From the NCBI RefSeq assembly GCF_006345805.1, contig NW_021832931.1, positions 1-33,414 on the forward strand: DNA of 33,414 nucleotides, written 5' to 3'. The DNA is from Octopus sinensis. Its lineage: Eukaryota. A program made the position numbers and the translations under genes. Position 1 is the stretch's first letter. Every line of letters starts with the position of its first letter. The notes beneath the pieces are model-generated. The model ran no database searches. It saw only the letters and a program-made list of their open reading frames with translations, and had not been told where the DNA came from. Positions 32,395-33,414 of the stretch are shown here, in pieces.

Positions 32395-32978
32395 GTGCGA
32401 TGATGATGATGATGGATGAGGAGGAGGAGGAGGAGAGGGGAAGTGGAGGAAGTGGAGGAGGAAGTAGTAAGATGATGTTAATAATGATGTCGATGACGTG
32501 ATTGACAACAATGACAGTGATGATGAGGAAGAGGAGGAGGAAGAGGAGGAGGAAGAGGAGGACGACGACGACGAAGACAATGAGGCAAATGCGACAACGA
32601 TGATGACGAGACCGAGTACATGATGATGATGGCGACTACGATGGTCACAACGATGATAGCGGTAGTGTAGTGGTCGTCATCGTTGTGGAGTGCTGTTGAT
32701 GCTGATGCTGCTGCGTTGTTGCTGATTATAATGACGAAGTAAGAAGAAAAAAAATCCTCTGGAGAACGTTTAACTATTAAAATATGAAGAGAAGAAAATT
32801 TGAAAATGATTGAATGTTAAGAAACGTTTAACATCTGCACCAAAGTAGAAGAGAATAATTATTCTTTTGTCATTACACGGCACACAACCGTTTTGTTTAC
32901 TAATCGTTTTTTTTTTTGTTTTATTCATATTCTTTATTATTTATTTATTTATCATCATCATCATCATCATCATTATTA

Positions 32979-33019
<41 letters not shown>

Positions 33020-33113
33020 GGTGGTGGTGGTGGTGGTGGTGGTGGTGGTGGTGGTTGTATCGTTGGTGTTGTAATTATTGTTACTATTGATACGTTTATT
33101 GTTACTAACGTGG

Positions 33114-33160
<47 letters not shown>
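32395..33160. repeat. Trinucleotide arrays (GAT, GAG, GAC, ATC, ATT, GGT)
   Basis: Direct reading. Confidence 0.9.
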
Positions 33161-33162
<2 letters not shown>

Positions 33163-33376
33163 GGCGGCGAGCTGGCAGAATTGTTAGCACGCCGGGCGAA
33201 ATAGGCGGTATTTCGTCTGCCAATGCGTTCTGAGTTCAAATTCCGTCGAGGACGACTTTGCCTTTCATCCTTTCGGGATCGATAAATTAAGTACTAGTGA
33301 ATCACTGGGATCGATGTAACCGACTGCCCCCTCTCCCAAATTTCAGGCCTTGTGCCAATAGTAGAAAGGATTATCA

Positions 33377-33414
<38 letters not shown>
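33161..33414 (+). mobile_element. SINE family 1, tail A, full length, ending in (ATT)n and sitting in an (ATT)n array
   Basis: AAGGCGGCGAGCTGGCAGAA...CAGGCCTTGTGCCAATAGTAGAAAGGATT(ATT)n; runs to the window edge. Confidence 0.9.

Overview
AT-rich, extremely microsatellite-dense eukaryotic DNA. The mix of tRNA-derived SINEs and (TA)/(TG)/(TATG)/(TAGA)/(ATT) arrays looks like a coleoid cephalopod, probably Octopus (inference from repeat content). Almost all ORF-track entries are translations of simple repeats or SINEs. I recognise no intact host protein-coding gene; there are only a few candidate + strand exons, the best at 12297-12788. Recognisable content: (1) many copies of at least three modular SINE families; (2) an RT-less GIY-YIG endonuclease ORF of Penelope-like (PLE) type at 4901-5542 (-), inserted into a SINE tail; (3) an internally deleted Chapaev3-type DNA transposon at 7449-9615 with 13-bp TIRs and a TTA TSD, carrying a nested non-autonomous Helitron at 9208-9539; (4) a 149-bp TG..CA solo-LTR-like insert; (5) a MITE; (6) an octamer+CCAAT inverted repeat pair. 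The most interesting signals are two. First, a ~467-bp foldback element at 23007-23473 in (TA)n has a minimal type I hammerhead ribozyme in each arm, pointing outward, with a compensatory U3-A8 core and a palindromic stem III; three other short repeats in the window show a similar hammerhead-like motif / short tail / microsatellite layout. Second, one SINE subfamily has 3' junctions that all fall on RGYAWTT, a motif inside the SINE itself, giving nested and tandem self-insertions. Coordinates were counted by hand and may be off by a few bases.
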